Shown: positions 36,005 through 47,974 of the stretch, piece after piece
How positions within the stretch are numbered: the stretch's first letter is position 1
Layout of the letters: every line of letters begins with the position of its first letter
NCBI RefSeq assembly: GCF_000143415.4
Contig: NW_003314295.1
Coordinates: 1,732,631 to 1,796,630, forward strand
Direction of reading: 5' to 3'
From: Selaginella moellendorffii
Lineage: Eukaryota; Plantae; Lycopodiophyta
Length of the DNA: 64,000 nucleotides
Program-made: the position numbers and the translations under genes
Notes under the pieces: generated by a model
Databases searched by the model: none
Told to the model about the DNA's origin: nothing
The model's input: the letters and a program-made list of their open reading frames with translations, nothing else

Positions 36005-36152
36005 CGCACCGCATTGACCGGATCGGCCGCGCCAATTCAATCTATACTCGCTACTAGCGCCATCCCAGCAGCTTCTACCATCGCTTCCAACATAAACCCT
36101 AAACTTCGAGAGATTAAAGAGTAAACACATTTATTAGATTAAGCTATCGCGT

Positions 36153-38726
36153 TTAAGCCAGCGTTCTAAACCATGACAGCGTTTTGCTCAGCGCTTGGTC
36201 CAAAATCCGTGAGCCTTGCTCGATGCCTGGCAGGAAAACCCAAGAGTTTTTCAAGTTTTTCGCTTAGATTTCTTGCTTCGATCGATTGAAAAGGAAGAAC
36301 TTACCGAGATCTACAGCCACTCTGTGACCACACATCATTCCAGAGAAGGCTACCGCAATGACTCCTTGGCCGGGAAAGCAGCTATCTCCAACGCAGTATA
36401 GTCCTTCCACTGCCTGGAACATCGACTGTGATGAATCCAATCTATCTTCCAGAATAAAAAGCTCTACAGGTTTTTCGCAAACTCACTGTTGTGTTGAATG
36501 GCATCCCGAGAAGTCCTTTGGGCTTTCCAACAGGGATTGGTCCGTAAGTTCCTTGGTCTCGAGCGAGATAGCGTCTGTGAGTTTTAGGCGTCCCGACCTT
36601 TGACACACGAAAGTTACAAAGTCTAGCGTGAGAGAAATGAAAACAAGGAAGGAAACTTGAGAGCCTGCTCGTACCTCTCGAAGAACTGTTGCGTCCTTGA
36701 GACCGGGAAACAGTTTCGCTTCCAGTCTCTTAACGATCACATCGGCCACAGCCTCCTTCTTGTCATTGTACTCCGAGCTACTTAACCCCTGCGATATCAT
36801 CAGAAATTTTAGTCTTTTCTTTGAAAGCTTGTGTGAAAGCTATGGAGCTCCACGTACTTGCCAATCATCGGCCCATGCGGTGGTAAATATGTGAAGAATA
36901 TGGCGATCCTCTGGAGCTAGCGAGGGATCCAAAACAGTGGGAATGCTCAAGAAGATCGTACCATAAGGCTTCTCGAGGTTATCCCACGAGTCCTACAAGA
37001 GAAAACCAAAGACTCAAGCTAGAAGAAATGAAAAGCCCGAGTAGCATACCTCGAGAACGAGATGATGGCACTCGGTTCCTTGAGGCAAAACTTCGGCTTT
37101 CACTCCCATATGTATTGAGAGAAACGATGGAGCTTTCTTGTAGACTGTCTGGAAGCGTCGTTCTTCGTCTGGCATTTCAGAATCGAGCAGCTTTTCTGGT
37201 GATCGAAGCAAACGCAAGGTCATATTCTAGAAACCAAATTCACCATGATAGTCGAAAACAGTACCAAAAGTATCCCATCGCGTAGCATTGGAGATGACTG
37301 TTTTGCCAAGCAATCGTGTTCCATCCGCTAGTTGCACGCCAACCTGAACACCTGAAGCGACCTCACACTCGTTAAACAATCTTGCAAACCAACAGAAGCG
37401 ACAGAAGGGAAAAATATATACAAAGTGGAACGAAAAGAGTGAAAGCTCACCGCTTTGTTTTGCTCCATCAAGATTTTCTTCACGTTGGACTTGTAGCGAA
37501 TTTCGCCTCCTCTCTCAATCAGGCCGTCTGCCAGCTCTTGTGCTATCAATCCAACACCTCCAACGGGATAGTTGATCCCTCCGAAGTGTCGATCGCAAAT
37601 CACCTACAAAGCAAAGAGTGTTTGCTATAATCTGTTCGTCTTCTTTGGAAAGAAGTGTTACCATGCTCGCATTGATCATTGGTGTACACAACGCGTCGAC
37701 GGTACTGACGAGGAAGCACTAGAACAAAATCACAGTTAAGCCGAAACTGGAAAAAAAAAAAGTTCTAAAGCTTACTTCGGTATCTATAAACGACAGCAAA
37801 ACTGGATCTTTGATGTACTTCCTCGCAATATCACCAGCATTTTGGGGAAGATAGTACGCTGCGCGAAACAAAAAATGAGAAAAACCAATGTCTAGAATCG
37901 AGTTTTTCAACTCACCAAGAGTCAAGCAAGCAAGTGGGTTTCTGAAAAACTGGCCGAAAAGGTAGAGCGGCTCCTCGAGAGATTTAAGCTCCAGCGAATT
38001 CAATGCGTTAAAAACCTGTGCATGGATGGTTCGTCGACGAGGAAACAACGAAAAGCGAGCAAAAAAAACCTTCCAGCATTCTCCGTAGAAGCCTCGTATT
38101 CCTTTCTCTTCGTGTGGAAACTGGTCGACAAGCTCGCCGATGAAATCCTCGTAGTCTCGATGAACTCTCACGGACAAGTTGTTTGGCATATGGTAGTGGA
38201 CAGTGGTGGGATCGGGTATGAGCTCCAACTTTCGTCCGACAGCAGCCAAGGCACGAGTTATCAGATTGATCGACCCCTGGATGGAGCAAGAACAAAAAAG
38301 AGTTGGAACTCTTCTCAAGAACAAACTTTGTCCACTTGCCTTGTCGCTGAAACCAAACATGACGGACGATCCAACATCGAAAGTGTAGCCATCTCGCTTG
38401 AAAAACCCAGCACTTCCACCAGGAATCACGTACTTCTCTAGCAGCAGCACCGAAGCGCCCCGGATTGCGAGTTGACTTGCTGCAACCAAGCCCCCGATTC
38501 CAGCGCCAACCACAATCGCATCGTACCTCTTCTCCGCGAAGAATCCCTGGCTTCCATCGCTAGGAGCTGCCGAGAAGGAAGCTTGGCTCGTGGAAACAGC
38601 CGCCGCAGCAAAACCGGCGTGGGTGCCAAGACGCACGGATCTCTGCTTGCTTGGAGCTCCAAAACAAGGCAAAGGACTCGTGGGTCTTGCGGAGACTCCA
38701 CAAGGAGCGAGAATTGCCGGTGCCAT
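36153..38726 (-). CDS. CRTISO: Carotenoid isomerase, multi-exon
   Basis: [73 protein letters not shown]-terminal WFRTLA*. Confidence 0.96.
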
Positions 38727-38986
38727 CGTCGTGACGAGTGGACACTAGCGCACCATTGCGAGAGATTTTGAGTGACCCAACAAAGTGGCCTCCACCTTGA
38801 AGATAAAAAAATACCCAAGGAATCAAAGCAAACACCGAGATTCCATCAAGAACAAGACGAGCTCTTAGTTTGTCCTCCGAAAGAGAAGACTTGTCAGTTA
38901 GTTTTTTCTTCTTCACGTCCAAGAACACGACGACACTGGAGAAGAAAAGTGTGAAGAAAAAAGATTAGTTTTGCGAGGAGCGAAGC

Positions 38987-40488
38987 TCAAATGGAAGAGA
39001 TTTGATCTCTCAAAAGCCGGAGCAGCGGTTCCAAGGCGTTGGGCGAGAACTTCCTCGCAAAGAAGAGGCACGTACCGACGGTGCGGCCATTGTAGGAGCA
39101 ATCCCCAGCGCGCCGGAGCCTGTCCAAAAACTCTGGAGTCACGTCATCGCGGCCAAACATGGCCGGGTGCGCGCCACCCCGAGACCAATCCACCGCCGTC
39201 AAGCTCCGGTTGGCCAGCGCAGAGCCAAACTCGATGCTCAGCATCGTCGGGATGTAGTGCTCGTCGACGTAGCACGCGGGCCGGCAAAAATCCCGAAACT
39301 TTGGATAGTACTTGTTGTCCGCCACCAAATGGAGCGCCAGCTTCCGCTCCATCTCGAACCACTGCGAGCCTTTCCTCCACTGCTCGAGCTTGACCTCGGG
39401 CAGCATGTTTGTGCTGTATCGCCCGCGTCCAAACGGGCCCGGATCGTCGAAAACTCCCACGAAGCTGTGCTGGGATTTGATCACGTAGCGGTAGAAAGTG
39501 GTGAAGTTGTGGAGCGGGGCGCAGCTCTCCGAGAGGAGCACGAACCTGTGGTTGGAGTGGTCGAGGAGAGCGTTGGCTACGAGCCGCCTCTCGGCGTCAC
39601 ACATTGTGATCTCTCCCCACTGCGTGTCCTGGAAGAACGAAGTTGCACAAACACTTAGTTCCCGAGTAAGAAGAACACACAAAAACGAGATTTTGGAGGT
39701 GTGATGCATCCATGTTCACTCTCTGGATCGAAACCAAGGAGTGTGGAGGAAGCAAACCATCAGCTTTTCAGTAAACGAAGTTCGAAGAACACACAAAAAC
39801 GAGATATTGGAGGTCTTCACTGTCTGGATCAAAACCAGAGAGCGTGGAGAAAGAAAAATATCAACTTTTCAGGAAAGGAGGCCTGGAAACACATCCAGAA
39901 AATCATCCACGAACTTACCTCACGGAGAAAAAGATGGTATAGCAAACACACTCTAGCAAGCCAAACAACCAAGGACGCGAAAAAGAACAGTGAGAGAGCT
40001 TGTCGCCATACCTGGCTTGGAATGTGCCGACCATAGAAAACCGAAGTTTTCGGAAGATCCATGGCGAAGCCCGGGAGAGCATGGATGTAGATCGAGTAGC
40101 GGCCTTCGTTCCCCCGGAAGAACATCTCCCACAGCGGGGCCAGAGGGAGAGGCCCCCTCGTCATGAACAAAAACGCCACCTTGCGGATCTTCTTCACTGG
40201 CGGTCCCTGGCGCAGTGGAGCCAACGAAGCCAACCACAAGAGCTCCGGATCGGAAACGTTGTGCTTGACGGGAAATCCCCCCCACAGCCACTCCCTGGCG
40301 AACTTCAAGCTGTCGATCGAGGAGGAGGAGGTGTAGCAGCCACTGCCTGGATTTGCCGAGAGAAAACCACGCCGGAGGTTGAGATAGTCGGACATGTGAA
40401 GGCTGGCCAGGACCCCCAGGAGCAAACCTGTGAAGAGCGCGATGCATAGTAGCATGAACTTTGCGAGTCCTTGCGGCCACTTGATCAT
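38987..40488 (-). CDS. Core-2/I-branching (GT14-like, DUF266/BC10) glycosyltransferase. Exons 40488-40012 and 39628-38987.
   Basis: KVAFLFMTRGPLPLAPLWE, DAERRLVANALLD, LLSESC, WRKGSQWFE, DEHYIPT, FARKF. Confidence 0.95.
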
Positions 40489-40894
40489 GGTGGCGGTGGC
40501 GGCGACCTGGAATCTGGAAGTCAGCAGCCTCTCACACTACTGCCGGCGCAGCTAAATCTTGAGTCATGGACTGGAAGAAGAACCAAAACTTTTTTTTTTC
40601 TCTGCAGCTCTCAGCACCAATTCAGCTCATACCCACTGTGAAAAATAGGGCGCTGGGAGAAAGAGCTCCTGGACCACTGCTCCACATTCTCGCACTCGCT
40701 CGAGAGAAAAAAATCGAGGAAACCTGGAGAATTGCTTGCGCTGCTGGGTTTGCCCAGTATCGCTCCTTGTCCTAGCTTAGCGCTAAGTCCCTGCTTACCT
40801 CTCTCTTGACATCTCGTGATTCCAGCCCTTACGCATATTCCACAGGATATTTCCCCTTAGATCTTACCGAAGTCAATTGGTTCTTTACCTTCCA

Positions 40895-42745
40895 ATGGAT
40901 AGAACCCAATGCTACGATTCCATTAGGCTTTGCAGTAGCGTAGATGCTCTCGCTCGTCTTCACTCTACCATCAAACACCACCTTCCAGATGACCTCAAGA
41001 TGGCTAACATGCTGCTCCAGAAATATGCCCAGCTTGGGCATTTGCAGCAGGCAATACACGTCTTTGACTCTATCCTCCACAAGGACAGTTTCTCTTGGAA
41101 CTCGATGCTATCCGCGTATGCCCGTGCCGGAAAGCTCGAGCACGCAGAGCGGATCTTTACCCAGATGCCAGATCCAAACCTTGTGTCTTATAACGCAATG
41201 TTGTCTTCATATGCCATCAATGGGCATATTAGAGATGCGGAAAAACTCTTTGATTCCATCCCTCTAACAAATCAAGTGACTTGGGCAGCTATCCTTGGCG
41301 CATATGCCCGAAACGGGCATATGGAAAAAGCTAAAGGAATCTTTAGCACGATGCCGGAGTATAGCCTTGTCTCGTGGAACTTGATTCTCTCTGCCTATGC
41401 CGATAGAGGGCATTTGAAAGAGGTGGTGGAAGTTTTCCAAACAATGAAAGAAAGAAACGTGGGATCTTATAATGCATTGCTCTCTGGGTATGCTTTTGAC
41501 AGAAGCCAAATCTCAAAAGCAAGGAATATACTTGATACGATGCCAGAGAGAGATTTGGTGTCGTGGACTGTCATGCTAATAAGCTATGCCCAGAAAGGGC
41601 ATCTGGATGAAGCTCAGGTGATTTTCGAGAATATGGAAGAGCGGGATGTGGTTACGTGGAATGCAATGTTAGCTGCCTACTCTGCAAATGGCCGCGTCAA
41701 GGAAGCCAAGAAAATGTTTGACAAGATGAAAGAGCACAGCCTTGTGTCGTGGACCACGCTGATATCAGCATATTGCCACAATGGACGCGTTGGCCAAGCT
41801 CTTGATTTGTTTAACCAGATGGAAGAGCACGATTTGACTACGCGTAACACTATATTTGCGATGCTTGTTCAAAACAATGAATTTGAGGATGCCAAAAGAA
41901 TCTACGATCGTACTCCAATTCTGAACGAAGTAAGCTTGACTATTATGGTGGAAGCATATGCCCAGAAAGGCCATTTGGAAGAAGCAAAATGCATGTTTGA
42001 TCGCCTGAAAGTCAGAAGTTTGATATCTTCAACGGCAATGTTGTGTGCATACGATTTATTCGGATTCACAGAAGAAGCAGAAAACATGTTTCACTCCATG
42101 CAAGAGCACGATATTGCCTCGTGCAATGCAATGGTGTCAGCATATGCCCAACATGGGCATATCTGTAAAGCTAAGTTCTTATTTGATGCGTTGCCATTTC
42201 GAGATCCGATCTCCTGGAACGCAATGCTCTCGGGCTACATCCAAGCCGGGAAGCTCCAAAAGTCTTGGCAATTCTTCACGAAAATGCCAGAAATAGATTC
42301 TTTCTCGTGGAACTCATTCCTTGCCGGCTATGCCCAGCGCGGAGAAATCGATTCCCTCGCCACCCTGCTTCACTCACTGGCCTTAACGCTCCTCCCAGAC
42401 GAGATCTCTTTCGTGTGTGTGTTCTTGGCACTCAGCCACAGTGGTAATCTCTTCTCGGCCTGGAAATACTTCCTGTCCATGAGCAGTGACTACAACTTGG
42501 TTCCAACAAAGCAGCATTTTTGCTGCATGGCCAATTTGCTGGGTCGAGCCGGTTACCTGAAAGAAGCCGAGGACTTAATCGCGACCATGCCGTATGTGGG
42601 CGACGATTTGGACTGGACATGTGTGCTTGCGTCTTGCGGCTTACACAAAAACATGGAGCTCGCTAATCGAGCTAGCAAACGTGTGCTTGGCTTCAACAGC
42701 AAATACGCTCCAGCATACTTATTAGTAGCAAACATGGCAGGATAA
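40895..42745 (+). CDS. Intronless PLS-E PPR protein
   Basis: 31-aa repeats and E domain HFCCMANLLGRAGYL..W..LASC..H..Y.LVAN. Confidence 0.93.
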   Translation: MDRTQCYDSIRLCSSVDALARLHSTIKHHLPDDLKMANMLLQKYAQLGHLQQAIHVFDSILHKDSFSWNSMLSAYARAGKLEHAERIFTQMPDPNLVSYNAMLSSYAINGHIRDAEKLFDSIPLTNQVTWAAILGAYARNGHMEKAKGIFSTMPEYSLVSWNLILSAYADRGHLKEVVEVFQTMKERNVGSYNALLSGYAFDRSQISKARNILDTMPERDLVSWTVMLISYAQKGHLDEAQVIFENMEERDVVTWNAMLAAYSANGRVKEAKKMFDKMKEHSLVSWTTLISAYCHNGRVGQALDLFNQMEEHDLTTRNTIFAMLVQNNEFEDAKRIYDRTPILNEVSLTIMVEAYAQKGHLEEAKCMFDRLKVRSLISSTAMLCAYDLFGFTEEAENMFHSMQEHDIASCNAMVSAYAQHGHICKAKFLFDALPFRDPISWNAMLSGYIQAGKLQKSWQFFTKMPEIDSFSWNSFLAGYAQRGEIDSLATLLHSLALTLLPDEISFVCVFLALSHSGNLFSAWKYFLSMSSDYNLVPTKQHFCCMANLLGRAGYLKEAEDLIATMPYVGDDLDWTCVLASCGLHKNMELANRASKRVLGFNSKYAPAYLLVANMAG

Positions 42746-42898
42746 AAAATCTCTCAAAAGAAAATCTTTGGTAAAGTTGTTCGTTGAAGATTTTTTCCAA
42801 GGCATGGAACACATGTCTCTACATGGTTCCCGCCTTACACTGTAGAACTCTTGTTCTTTTTTTTTTTTTAATCGCAATCCGAGAAGAGGGTTTCGGTG

Positions 42899-43494
42899 AT
42901 GGCGGCCTTGACAACAATCTGGCAGCCTGCTACTTCGGAACGATCAGCCACTCGAAGATCTTCCATGGTATGTATGAGCATCTGTTTGTAGGATACATCG
43001 AACGAGCGCATTTCCAGATCCACACGGGATTTCGCCGACTCACACCAAGAGCCAAGAGAAACTCTACAAGGTGCTCAGTGTCACACCAAGAGCAAAGCTG
43101 CTCGAATAGAGTTCCAACATTCTGGGAGCGTTTGTTGCTTGCCTGGCAAGTTCTCTTCCCGCCTTCAAACTCTAGCGCAGAGACAAGTGCCAACATCGCG
43201 AAGCAGCGGTTGAAGATGGTTCTCATCGCAGATAGGTGTGCTGTAAGCGACGCAGCGAAGCGGATGATCGTCTCCAACGTTGTTGGAGCAATGTCTCATT
43301 TTGTCGAGGTTGAGTCGGAGGAGAAGGTCCAGCTAAACGTGACGACCGATTCTGAGCTTGGCACCATTTACTCCATCACTATTCCGGTGAGAAGAGTAAA
43401 GCCAGAGTATCAGCTTTCCTCCAAAGATTTGGAGGGCGTGGAGCTAGCGGAAGGATTGACGTGCAACATTGTTCTCGATCCTCGGGAACCATAG
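42899..43494 (+). CDS. MINE1: Plastid division topological specificity factor MinE. Exons 42899-42967 and 43018-43494.
   Basis: SANIAKQRLKMVLIADRC, FVEVESEEKVQL, LGTIYSITIPVRRVKPEYQ; 50-nt GT-AG intron. Confidence 0.92.
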
Positions 43495-43517
43495 CCAGCA
43501 GCATCCAACTCTTGTTT

Positions 43518-45464
43518 CTACCTCGTTGTTTGCAAACGAGGTAGTTTGATTGGAGCAAGGAAGTTCGACACCAGCACATAGTTTGCAGCTTCTTCTGTTT
43601 GTAGAGACGCTACGTTCCCTGCTACTCGACTCCCTCCACGGAGATCATTCTTGGAAGCTCCAAGAACACATCTCCATTCCATAGCATCCGGCACAAAAGG
43701 CATGTTCTTTACCAGATCGTGGGCCTCGTCGAGGTGTCCAGCCCGTCCTAGCACGTCGATCATGCAGCAAAAGTGCTGCTTCCCAGGTCTAATCCCAAAG
43801 TCCACCACCATCGAAACGAAGAAACCGATAGCAATCTCCACGGTGCCCCCGTGACAGCACGCAACGTAAACGGACACAAAGCTCGTCTCGTCCGGCATCG
43901 CCAAGAGCTTCATGGTGCTGAAAAAGTCGAGAGCATCGCCAAAGAGTCCATTACAAGAGTAAGCGACGAGCATGGCATTCAGAGCAACAAGGTTCTGCTC
44001 TGGTAATCGATCGAACAGACTCTTGGCCTGCAAGAACCGCCCACACTTTGCATAAGTCGCAAGGATGGTGTTCCACGACACAGAGTCCCTCTCGGCCATC
44101 TCTTCAAAAACAAACTCGGCGTGTCGCAGCATCCCGTTTTGCGAGAAGCCGCAGAGCAGCGAGTTCCAAGTGACCACATTCTTCTCGGGCATTTTTCCAA
44201 GCAATCCAAGGGCTTGCTCGATGTGGCCATTCTGGGCGTAGGCAGTAAGCATGGCCGTCCAAGTAACTACGGTAAGCTCTGGCATGTTTGCAAAGAACCG
44301 GCTAGCTTCTTCCACGTACCCGCGCGACGCATAAGCGTGTAGCATGCTCGTCGATGAGACCAAGTCCCCAAATGGCATTCGATCGAACAGACACTTCGCC
44401 TCTTCCAGATGATCAGCTTGGACGAATCCAGCCAACATGGAGTTCCAAGTTACCAAGCTATGGTTTGGCATCGCATCGAAGATCTTCTTTGCATCGCGGA
44501 GATGCCCGTTTTGAGCGCTCGCTCCAAGCATCGTCGTCCAGGACACAAGATTCTTCTCCGGCATGCGCTTGAAAACCTCTTTTGCTTCGTCCAAGCCCTC
44601 ATTCAGCGCAGTCGCAGACAACAAAGCGTTCCACGAGATTAAGTTGTGCTTCGGCATGTCATTGAATACGTTCTTTGTCTCGCCCAAGTGACCGTTTTGG
44701 CCATATCCAGTAAGCATGGCATTCCACGACGCCAAATCCCTCAACCCCATCTCATCAAACAAGCGCTTGGCGCCCTCCACATCGGCGGCCTGGGAATAAG
44801 CCGAGAGCATCGCGTTCCAGCTTACCAGGTTCTTCTCCGGCATGCCGCTGAACAAGATACTCGCCTCCGACAGATGCCCACGCCGGGCAAGTGCAGAGAT
44901 CATCGATGTCCACGTCACCTGGTTGTGCTCCGGCATTTTTTCGTACGTGCGCTTTGCATCTTCAAAGATGGCGTGCTGGGAGTAGCAGCAAAGTAGAGCA
45001 TTCCAAGATACCACATTTCTTTCTGGCATGTGCGTAAACGTTTTCTCAGCTTTATCGAGATGCCCACAATGGGCATAAGCTGACAGCATCGAGGTCCACG
45101 TCAGAAGATTCCGCTCCGGCATCGTGTCAAACACCCCTTCGGCCTGATTAAGTTTGCTGCTTTGGGCGTACGCAGCCAACATGGCATTCCACGTAATCAC
45201 GTCTCTAACCGGGACGCCCTCAAACACCTCTCGGGCGTTTTGCAGATGCCCGTTCTGGGCATATGCAGCCAGCATCGCCGTCCACGTCGTCACGTCCCGG
45301 CACGGGCACTGGTCAAAGATCTCCTTCGCCCGCTCGACCTGCCCAACTCGGGCGTAAGTCGATATCATCGAATTCCAGTTCAGTGGATCGCTGTTAGAGC
45401 TGTCGGGGAGAACCCGGTTCGCCATGCCCAAGCTCCCAATCTCGCCTCTCTTGAGTTGGGCCAT
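43518..45464 (-). CDS. Intronless PLS-E PPR protein
   Basis: 31-aa repeats and E domain HFCCMIDVLGRAGHL..MPFVPD..W..LGAS. Confidence 0.93.
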   Translation of the reverse strand: MAQLKRGEIGSLGMANRVLPDSSNSDPLNWNSMISTYARVGQVERAKEIFDQCPCRDVTTWTAMLAAYAQNGHLQNAREVFEGVPVRDVITWNAMLAAYAQSSKLNQAEGVFDTMPERNLLTWTSMLSAYAHCGHLDKAEKTFTHMPERNVVSWNALLCCYSQHAIFEDAKRTYEKMPEHNQVTWTSMISALARRGHLSEASILFSGMPEKNLVSWNAMLSAYSQAADVEGAKRLFDEMGLRDLASWNAMLTGYGQNGHLGETKNVFNDMPKHNLISWNALLSATALNEGLDEAKEVFKRMPEKNLVSWTTMLGASAQNGHLRDAKKIFDAMPNHSLVTWNSMLAGFVQADHLEEAKCLFDRMPFGDLVSSTSMLHAYASRGYVEEASRFFANMPELTVVTWTAMLTAYAQNGHIEQALGLLGKMPEKNVVTWNSLLCGFSQNGMLRHAEFVFEEMAERDSVSWNTILATYAKCGRFLQAKSLFDRLPEQNLVALNAMLVAYSCNGLFGDALDFFSTMKLLAMPDETSFVSVYVACCHGGTVEIAIGFFVSMVVDFGIRPGKQHFCCMIDVLGRAGHLDEAHDLVKNMPFVPDAMEWRCVLGASKNDLRGGSRVAGNVASLQTEEAANYVLVSNFLAPIKLPRLQTTR

Positions 45465-47179
45465 CCACCTAGCATTTAGTTTCCCCTCTCTTAAAGCTCT
45501 TGATTTGATGACATCAAAAGCCTGTAATGCATAGATCCTTCTTCCTTGCTCCCGGGCAGAAAGCCAGCGTCACTGTTCATCCCCACCACTTTTCGCCACG
45601 CACACGGCATCGCCCCCTTTCGTAGCTTTCTCCTTTCCAGATGGTGCTTTCCAATTGATGAATCATCCTCTACACCCAACACGTCTCTCCCAAGAAATCA
45701 AGAAAAATTCCCAAATTTATCTTTGGGACCCAAGACTGGAGAGATCTCTCCACCAACAACAAACACAGACACACACGAGTGATGGATCAAATAGACGCCG
45801 CGCAAAGATTCCTGGGATCTTATTTTTTCTGACCACCAAACCAACAACACACCACCCTAGTGTGATGGAATCGAGGACGAAGACGTCTCTTTCCAAACCA
45901 TGAGATATGCAAAACGGGAAGGGTTAGCGTGATTAAACGAATAATGCGTCAACCAAATGCCAGCTGTGGGTATATGGGCATGTTTCACATTGTCGCGTTG
46001 TATACTGCTAAGAACTACAAATTAGTGAATAAACTAATTTCCAGGATTAACATATAAGAAAAGGTGACGCAGCCGATGATGACGACACATGGTATGATTT
46101 CACGAACTGAAAAATAGTACGTAGTAAAAGATTGATCGCTTTGCATGGCTTTGCGCTTGGGAATTGGAAGATGGACCGAACCACATTTTTTGTTAGGAAG
46201 TGCAAATTTACCATGTATTTATTATTTGGGGGAGATTTACAATGGTTATTTGTCATGTTGGTTGATCCACAAAGTCCATGACAAGAAATATAATTTACTA
46301 AGTCTAAACCCTGCCCAGTAGTACTTTTTAGCATGGGAGGAGTGGGCGCTGCTTTGAAAAGATCGCGAATCCAAATCACGAGCTCTCGAGGAGGAGGAGA
46401 TGTGAATCCCCGATGATTCAAGTCATGGCTGTTGCGTTGTACGAAAGATCTGACCATGCAAGGAGAAACTTTTAAAAAAAAATTTCCCAGCTGATACTTG
46501 AGATCAACCAAGTCCAATTGCAAACATTCTGTCCTGTCTGGAAAATCTATACACAATTCGACGCTGTCAGGAAGAATAGAATATAGATAAAGGTAAAAAA
46601 GAGAACTAAAAAGGATAAGAAAAAAAACCATGGATGGATCAAAAACCATCCAGGCAGGGAGAGAAAGTGGATCAATCCATCTCTCAATTGTTGTGTTGTT
46701 GATCCCTTTTGGCAAAAGTTTTGCTGGCAAGTTGCTGTTGCTATCACAGCAAACATAGAGCAAGCAAACAACAACAGCACAGCATGGGACAATATACAAA
46801 TCAATAATTTCATATACTCGCAAGTCAAAGATTAAAACGCAAAGATTAGAATTCTATCGCAAAAGTTCGGCATTTTCATTTCTGTGGGCTGAAATTTCCG
46901 TCGTGCATGTACGGGGTTGGCTGGAGAATATTCCAACAGGGGTAAAATCACCCATTTAAAAGCTCGAGGGTGGTAACAATTCGTTGTCATGGTTCCGGGA
47001 TAATGCATTTTGTACCCGCCCCGTTTGACCAATCAATGCGTTACAGCGTCGCCTGGAAATACCAGAAGGATACGGCGGACGTGGCATCGACCAACATACG
47101 TGGATTTGCGCCTAATCGCGCTTTGCTTAGCCAGAAAGAGAAAAGGAGGCTGCCTGGCCGAAGAAAAAAAAAAAGAAAA

Positions 47180-47420
47180 GAAAGAGAGAAGAGAGAGAGA
47201 GTGTGTGTTGTGTGTGTGTGTGTGTGTGAGCGAGAGAAAGGTCATAGGGAGTTCTTCAATCCAGCGAAGAGATTTGTAGAGTGTGTGAGGGATTCCTGGG
47301 CTGTGGAGCGCGAGAGAGAGAGAGAGAGAGAAGGAGCTAAGCTTGAGGTTCTCCTTTTTTTTTTTTTCTCCTCTCCTTGCTTTCTCGTGTGCTTGCTTGC
47401 TTGCTTGCGCTTGCTCGCTC
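47180..47420. repeat. Microsatellite cluster (GA)n, (GT)n, (GCTT)n upstream of the PP2C
   Basis: Runs directly visible. Confidence 0.85.
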
Positions 47421-47974
47421 GCTTCCAGCGGATTCCACAGCGTTCTCTCGTGCACACACACTGACACACCCCATTTTCCCATCCCTTTCTTCTCTCTCTC
47501 TCTTTTTCTCTACTCTCCTCGCATCTCTAGCACAAGCCCTCGTTTCTTTCTTGCTCCCAGTGCCAATTCTTCGCGGGCGAATCCGGCGCCCTCCTCCTGG
47601 GCGTTAGGGATTGGAGCCGCGGCAATGGCGAGGCGAGCAGCGCATTGGGCTGCATTGGGCGCGCTCCAAATCAGGTGAGACTCGTCCCAATCCCAGCTCC
47701 GCCGAAATCCCAGATGGGTTCCACGGAATTCCTCCCCCAGGGCTCGTGATCTGCTCCACTAGACTGGAATCGCAGCGTCGGCTCGCTCCAGGACATGCGG
47801 CGGGCGTGCTTTTGATCCCCGGGGCTGGATTCGCCGGCTGGAAGCACTTTAGGCTGGATTCGCAGGGTCGCAGCAAATGCCCAGTGGCGGCATTTGGAGG
47901 TGTCGTCCGAGCTCCCGCGAGTGAACAACGATGAGAGATGGGAGAAGAGGAGGAGGAATGTGTAGTGGTGATGG

